A stretch of 64,000 nt of DNA from Eledone cirrhosa (lineage: Eukaryota): positions 27,280,001 through 27,344,000 of the forward strand of contig OZ024763.1 of assembly GCA_964016885.1 (NCBI GenBank), read 5' to 3'. The position numbers were made by a program, and so were the translations under genes. Positions 61,701-64,000 of the stretch are shown here, in pieces (positions within the stretch are counted from its first letter, which is position 1; each line of letters begins with the position of its first letter). The notes under the pieces were generated by a model. That model was not told the origin of the DNA, did not search any database, and saw only the letters and a list, made by a program, of their open reading frames with translations.

Positions 61701-63294
61701 TTGAGTAATAACATGAGCTGTGAAAACCTATCCAGCCCTTGCTAACAGGGAAGATGGATGTTAACCCTTTAGCATTTACATTACTCTATATATACTGTTG
61801 TATTTTTGCAGTAAAGGCTTTATCTTACATAATATCAAATCTATGAGATTTTGATATTATTTATTTTGAGAACAATACCTTAACATCAGTATGAAGGGCC
61901 AGTTACGGCTGGTTTGAACAGAAAGAGGTGAGAAAATACTGGCTGGATACAGCCAGTTTAAGGTTTAAGTATTGACTTGGTCTGTGGAAACCTGTCCACC
62001 CCTTGCTAGCAGAGAAGTCGGACATTAAATAGTGATTAAAATGATGATGATGATGGAGGAAGATTTCCTTTCCCCATCAAAAATTATTTATTTTTTTTTT
62101 TTTTTTTGAAAATTTATCTATGTATTAAAAATAAATTTTTTTTTTAAATTTTAAAGTTGTCCAAGAACGAGAACGAAGAAAGATCCGATGTTCCGGAAGA
62201 GTTGCAAAAACTGGCAGAGAATTCTCCACCAGATGTCACTGTCGACAAAGACGGTGCTGTCACCTCTGACAACAGCAAACTTAAAGATGTTGATGTTACT
62301 GCTACTGCTGATGATGATGCTGATGCTGACTCCAACACCACAACAACAGCCACAAACGCGTCTGTGGAATCGGCTACGAATGGTGGTGACACCCTCGACC
62401 TCAGTCTAAGCAACAATGACAACAACAACAACAACATAGACGCAGCTCCACAGACTCAGACAGGAACGCAATCAAAGACGAAGACAGACATCGAGAAGAT
62501 GATGGACACTCTGTGTCTGGCCCCTCCAGACGATTCTAAGGAGAAAAGCCAGAGGAACAAGAAAGACAATGGAGAGGGTACATCGATTAAAGGAAAAGAT
62601 GAAACAGATGACGAGAATGAAGAAGAAGATGGTGGTGAAGGTGGTGACCAGCTAACTGCAGATGTTGATGCTGATTCACAGAGTAGGACTGCTGCACCGC
62701 CAGATACCACCACCACCACCACCACCACCAACAACAACTGCTGTGCTGTAGAGAACTCTGTCGACATCCTCGACACACACCAATTGCTTGAGTTTCTCAC
62801 CTCCCTTCACGTCGGTCAGACGATCCAGTCTGGGGTCACGTCGTTAGGAATGGTAAGTCTGGTCTTTGATCATCATCACCACCATTACTAGTACCATTGC
62901 TACTACCACTGCCACCACCAATACCATCATCACCACCACCACCACCACCACCACCACTATCAATACCACTACTGCTACAACCAACATTACCATCCTCCTA
63001 ATTTCCACTGCCACCATTAATATCATTCTAATTACCACCACCATTATCACCGCTACTACTACTACCACCATTATCACCGCTACTACTACTACCACCATTA
63101 TCACCGTCACCACAACCACCACCAATATCACCATTATCATCAATACAGCCACAACCATCATGTACTCTATGTATTATTTCCTATTTCTTCAGGTTGGTTT
63201 CCCCAATGTTGGTAAAAGTTCCACAATCAATGCCATACTTCAAACCAAGAAAGTTCCAGTGTCTGCTACCCCTGGACGTACAAAACATTTTCAG
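52645..63294 (+). CDS. LSG1: Large subunit GTPase 1 homolog (LSG1), first 9 coding exons; 3' end lies beyond the window
   Basis: Exons 52645-52734, 54137-54263, 55757-55877, 56989-57075, 57921-58007, 59115-59258, 61079-61163, 62157-62852, 63193-63294. GT-AG introns with matching phases; 513 codons. Motifs HTSELNDGYEWGRLNL, SVTEQSNLDEFLATAELAGTEF, IPRRPEW, TPYEKNLDFWRQLWRVIERSD, DARNP, G4 NKAD preceding G1 GFPNVGKS and G2 SATPGRTKHFQ (circularly permuted GTPase). Confidence 0.94.
53645..54062. repeat. About 45-bp tandem repeat, LSG1 intron 1
   Basis: ACAGAGTGTACTGGGTG..TTGACACCAGCACCACCACTTT units; a related array lies at 58680-58990. Confidence 0.8.
54137..54263 (+). CDS. LSG1: LSG1 exon 2
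   Basis: IHTSELNDGYEWGRLNLASVTEQSNLDEFLATAELAGTEFTA; CAG|...|GTAAAC. Confidence 0.93.
54320..55032 (+). mobile_element. Rex3/Expander-like RTE 3' fragment with internal tandem repeats
   Basis: Repeated TTAGAATGTCTCAGGAAAGAAT..GAGAGATCACAGCTC units followed by the 3' end. Confidence 0.72.
55757..55877 (+). CDS. LSG1: LSG1 exon 3
   Basis: EKLNIKFVD...KLLRIPRR; TAG|...|GTTTGT. Confidence 0.9.
56989..57075 (+). CDS. LSG1: LSG1 exon 4
   Basis: PEWDSNTTAEELASKERELFLQWRKSLS; CAG|...|GTAAGT. Confidence 0.9.
57225..57772 (-). mobile_element. Rex3/Expander-like RTE 3' fragment
   Basis: [29 protein letters not shown] (2 copies)..GRPRGRWLDNI. Confidence 0.78.
57921..58007 (+). CDS. LSG1: LSG1 exon 5
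   Basis: LQSEEHVTLTPYEKNLDFWRQLWRVIER; TAG|...|GTGAGT. Confidence 0.92.
58135..58470 (+). mobile_element. SINE family A copy
   Basis: Near-identical to 577-908. Confidence 0.85.
59115..59258 (+). CDS. LSG1: LSG1 exon 6
   Basis: DVIVQIVDARNPLLFRCQDLEKYV...ILINKADFLTEEQ; CAG|...|GTAAAT. Confidence 0.92.
59566..59630 (+). ncRNA. Minimal type I hammerhead ribozyme motif in LSG1 intron 6 (sense orientation)
   Basis: UAUUUUAU-CUGAUGA-AAGcGCACCA..UGGUGUcCUU-GAAA-UAUGUA-UA^-AUGAAAUA; same family as 47154-47218. Confidence 0.72.
60140..60445 (-). mobile_element. SINE family A copy, head truncated
   Basis: Reverse complement of 577-908. Confidence 0.8.
60950..61032. mobile_element. Very short Tc1/mariner MITE
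   Basis: TAGGGTGTCCCCAAAAAT..ATTTTTGGGACACCTTGTA; homolog at 50468-50578 with the same internal ACACTTCAACAGCATTCTAATAAAT. Confidence 0.65.
61079..61163 (+). CDS. LSG1: LSG1 exon 7
   Basis: QHWAKFFSTEGVRIAFWSAMDETKRQQQ; TAG|...|GTAATG. Confidence 0.9.
62157..62852 (+). CDS. LSG1: LSG1 exon 8 (acidic low-complexity insert leading into G1)
   Basis: 232-codon open exon ending ILDTHQLLEFL...VTSLGM|GTAAGT. The 5' boundary (AAG after a T-rich tract) is less certain. Confidence 0.78.
63193..63294 (+). CDS. LSG1: LSG1 exon 9 (P-loop)
   Basis: VGFPNVGKSSTINAILQTKKVPVSATPGRTKHFQ; CAG|...|GTAAAT. Confidence 0.93.
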
Positions 63295-63410
63295 GTAAAT
63301 AATTATTATGCTAGCACATATAACCTCCCTAATTCCTCCATGCATCTTTAAGAAATTACAAATATTATACATTGTATAACTCATGTAAAATATAGTTGAC
63401 ATAATCATCA

Positions 63411-63741
63411 TCATTTCATTTTACGTCCACTTTTCCCTGCTTGCAAGGGTGGGACGGGAACTGATTCTGGCTTGATTTCTACAGCTGGATGCCCTTCCTA
63501 ACACCAACCTCATTTACAGTGAGTGCTGGGTGTTTTTTTGCCGTGGCACCTCCACGACCACTTTGCAGTGGAATGATAGGGACCCCAGTCCCTATCATCT
63601 CATTTCTACAGCTGAGTAAACTGAAGCAATGTGAAATAAAGTGCCTTGCTCAAGGAAACAACACATCACCCGGTCTGAGAATTGAACTCACAACCTTTCG
63701 ATTGCAAAGCCAATGCTCTAACCACTAAGCCATGTGCCTCC
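63411..63741 (-). mobile_element. SINE family A copy
   Basis: Reverse complement of 577-908. Confidence 0.85.
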
Positions 63742-64000
63742 ATATATATACTTGCGTATAATATCAATATACACACTACACATGCTAGCAGAAAACTACC
63801 TGAAGGGCGGTTTCTCTGCTAGTATTACATAATGATGATGATGATGATGGTTATATATTTTTGATGGGTTGTGGTGCACCTGGGCACTGTGCACAATATT
63901 TCATTATTGTTATTGTTATTATATCATGACTCATACACTGTTTATTTTCCTGACATTTGTACATTATTCTATGTACTATACATGCACCTTTGATGAGTTG

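Overview
AT-rich, microsatellite- and SINE-dense eukaryotic genomic DNA. The SINE and repeat style suggests an octopod cephalopod (inference). I reconstructed three protein-coding genes by hand. (1) An intronless rhodopsin-family peptide GPCR of the myosuppressin-receptor/DMSR-1 type (+, 11371-12423). (2) A complete 12-coding-exon class I (4Fe-4S, FumA/FumB-type) fumarate hydratase of 575 aa with a likely mitochondrial presequence (-, 24844-43647). (3) The first 9 exons of the circularly permuted ribosome-biogenesis GTPase LSG1 (+, from 52645, running off the window), divergent from the fumarase. The rest is repeats: two tRNA-derived SINE families, fragments of RTE, CR1, R4/Dong-like and Penelope retroelements, Tc1/mariner, hAT and piggyBac-type MITEs, and many minisatellites. 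The least obvious signal is a set of five minimal type I hammerhead ribozyme motifs and several perfect fold-back palindromes, found in short elements embedded in (TA)n tracts and probably derived from Penelope-like elements. There is no CRISPR array or prokaryotic system. Most ORFs in the supplied track are repeat artefacts.
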